DNA of 64,000 nucleotides from Felis catus (lineage: Eukaryota): NCBI RefSeq assembly GCF_018350175.1, contig NC_058368.1, forward strand, positions 16,184,001 through 16,248,000, given 5' to 3'. Under the pieces are notes generated by a model. The model did no database searches. It was not told where the DNA came from and saw only the letters and a program-made list of their open reading frames with translations. Positions 62,217-64,000 of this stretch are shown piece by piece. Position 1 is the stretch's first letter, and every line of letters begins with the position of its first letter. The position numbers and the translations under genes were made by a program.

Positions 62217-62430
62217 GTTTGTTTTATTTTTTAATTTTTTAATGTTTATTTTATTTTTTGAGAGATACAGAGACAGAGCACAAGCGGGGGATGGGCAGAG
62301 AGAGAGGGAGGCTGAAGCAGGTTCGAAGCTCCGAGCTGTCAGCACAGAGCCCGACGCAGGGCTTGAACTCACAAACTGTGAGATCATGACCTCAACCAGA
62401 ATCCCACGCTTAACTGACTGAGGCGCCCCC
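62217..62430 (-). mobile_element. Feliform CAN-SINE
   Basis: Body plus tail; TSD cattgttct(t/c)ag (62205-62216, 62431-62442). Confidence 0.93.
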
Positions 62431-62537
62431 CATTGTTCTCAGTTTTTTATTGTGTTTCTTCCTCTTGTAATTCTCAAACTAACCAGGAAATCTCAGATCA
62501 TGGCAGAATGAGACATCTAGAAAATGGTGGTGGTTTG

Positions 62538-62929
62538 TGATGAGGGATAGAAGCAGAAAAATGTTCACCTTTAGCCCGGAAGGCTGACATCTAGTCTGCA
62601 TAGATCAAATACGTACTGGTTCCTACATACTTAAAAGGTCTCATGACTGCCTTTACATCTCAGCGATAGTTAATATCGAGCTGGATAAAGAGCTCCAGAG
62701 AAATCCTGTGAAAGTAATTTTATGAGTAGAAATGTGAAGAAAACATTGATGATGTAATACTCCCTGCAGGTCCCCTCCTTGAACACAGCATAGAACTGCT
62801 AGGTTCATACAATAGAAGTGCGGCTCTTCCTGACCCGGGTCCTGTCCCTGTGCTATAATAAAAGCCCCTTTTTGCACCAAAAACGTCTCAAGAATTCTTT
62901 CTTGACCATTCGCTTGCAACCCCACATCA
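62538..62929 (+). mobile_element. Solo LTR (carnivore ERV)
   Basis: TGATG...CATCA ends; perfect 5-bp TSD gtttg (62533-62537, 62930-62934); AATAAA near 62857. Confidence 0.9.
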
Positions 62930-63369
62930 GTTTGAACAGTGCCCAAGATAAAGAATCAGAAGCTTAACTTATCAGGATCTTTATGCTCAGTAAGATAATT
63001 TGGTTCTTATTGCTGGAAAGGAACTACAAACTTTGGAGTCCTCAACCATATCTGTGTTGCAGAAGGCCTAACAGTATTTGTTGTTTGTTCTGTTCAATGG
63101 AAGCAATCCAAGTAAAGACACGATTTGGTCTTGCTCTCTGGGAAACTTGTGAATCACCACATTTACGGAAAATGTGGAAAACTTCAGATTAACATGAAAT
63201 CCAACATATGAGTGCTGGATATATGAACCAAGATGAGGGTGGGCAGCTAGGAAGAGCTAGAAGATATGTTTAGCAGCACATGATTATATAGTATGTCAAC
63301 CACACAATTCCAGTGACTGTAGGTAAACTCAAGAGCATAGATAATAGTGAAATATAGTTAAAAAAAATT

Positions 63370-63525
63370 AGAAAATGGTGGCTTTGAGTATTTATCTTTG
63401 TTTTCAATGTAATTGATTTCATTTTAAGTTTATATAATTTATTTTTACTAATTCTAGGATTAGCAGCTAGCTTTTTAAATTCCTGTTGGCTCTCACGAGC
63501 TGTCATGAGCCAATTCCAGCATGCT
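63370..63525 (-). mobile_element. hAT-Tip100-type DNA transposon end (Arthur1/ORSL-like)
   Basis: 'ggctctcacgagctgtcatgagccaattccagca' resembles the recalled terminal region. Confidence 0.45.
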
Positions 63526-64000
63526 CTTATTCCTGTCTACTTTCTTGCTTTCCCTGGTTATGGTAGATTAATGGTGTACCTACATTTAACATGGTCAAAA
63601 CTTTTAAACTACTTAACTTAAGTGCTACATGGAAGAGGCATACTGGGGCCTAATTATATTAGGAATATAATATTTTTCAATAAAAGGAAAAAGATCTCTG
63701 TGTAAAGAAATTTAGAGTAACACATTAGCTACAGTTGGACCCACAAATCAGGACATTGTTTAGTATATAATATATTAGGAGCAGTAGAAGCACAAATTCG
63801 GTAATATCGCACATGAGCTATTGAAGTCTCTGTCAACTAAAAATAAAAATGAAATAACATCTGACTAACAGCTACTTTTCATACAGTTATTAAACTTTTA
63901 AGAATACGTTCTGTATTTCAAGGACTCTTCTGGGTGGTGGTTTATAAAGATTGGGTGAGTGTAGCAGGAGCAGTAGGAAAGATTCAACAAGCAGTTGTTG

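Noticed and set aside
3796..62929. The two related plus-strand LTRs as ends of one giant provirus
   Set aside because: Each has its own TSD, their U3s differ, and the intervening DNA is ordinary host sequence.
1..64000. The many 60-130 aa ORFs in the six-frame track as genes
   Set aside because: They are low-complexity or chance ORFs, or derive from SINEs, L1s and LTRs; none resembles a cellular protein I recognise, and there is no consistent exon chain.

Overview
AT-rich mammalian genomic DNA, almost certainly from a felid (domestic cat or close relative): four near-consensus young cat-type CAN-SINEs (SINEC_Fc) and an L1_Fc-type 3' end are present. I find no recognisable cellular protein-coding exon, intact RNA gene or CRISPR array, so the window looks intergenic or deep intronic. 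The ORF-track hits with real homology are decayed LINE-1 ORF1/ORF2 pieces; ERV-L pol remnants are readable only through stops. Content is layered transposon debris: 16 CAN-SINEs (most with TSDs), a near full-length old L1 (about 21981-29280, minus), several L1 fragments, an ERV-L internal region, about a dozen solo LTRs, MIR/L2/CR1 relics, DNA transposons and microsatellites. I see no convincing evidence for a new multi-gene system. The best leads are: a ~1 kb betaretrovirus-like solo LTR with a long U3 and possible decayed accessory ORF; an old LTR that keeps its CpGs and carries a dense promoter-motif cluster; a short telomere-like insertion inside an LTR; a 25-nt tailless U6 retrocopy; and a perfect RFX X-box palindrome. 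Repeat family names come from my memory of consensus sequences, not from a database search.
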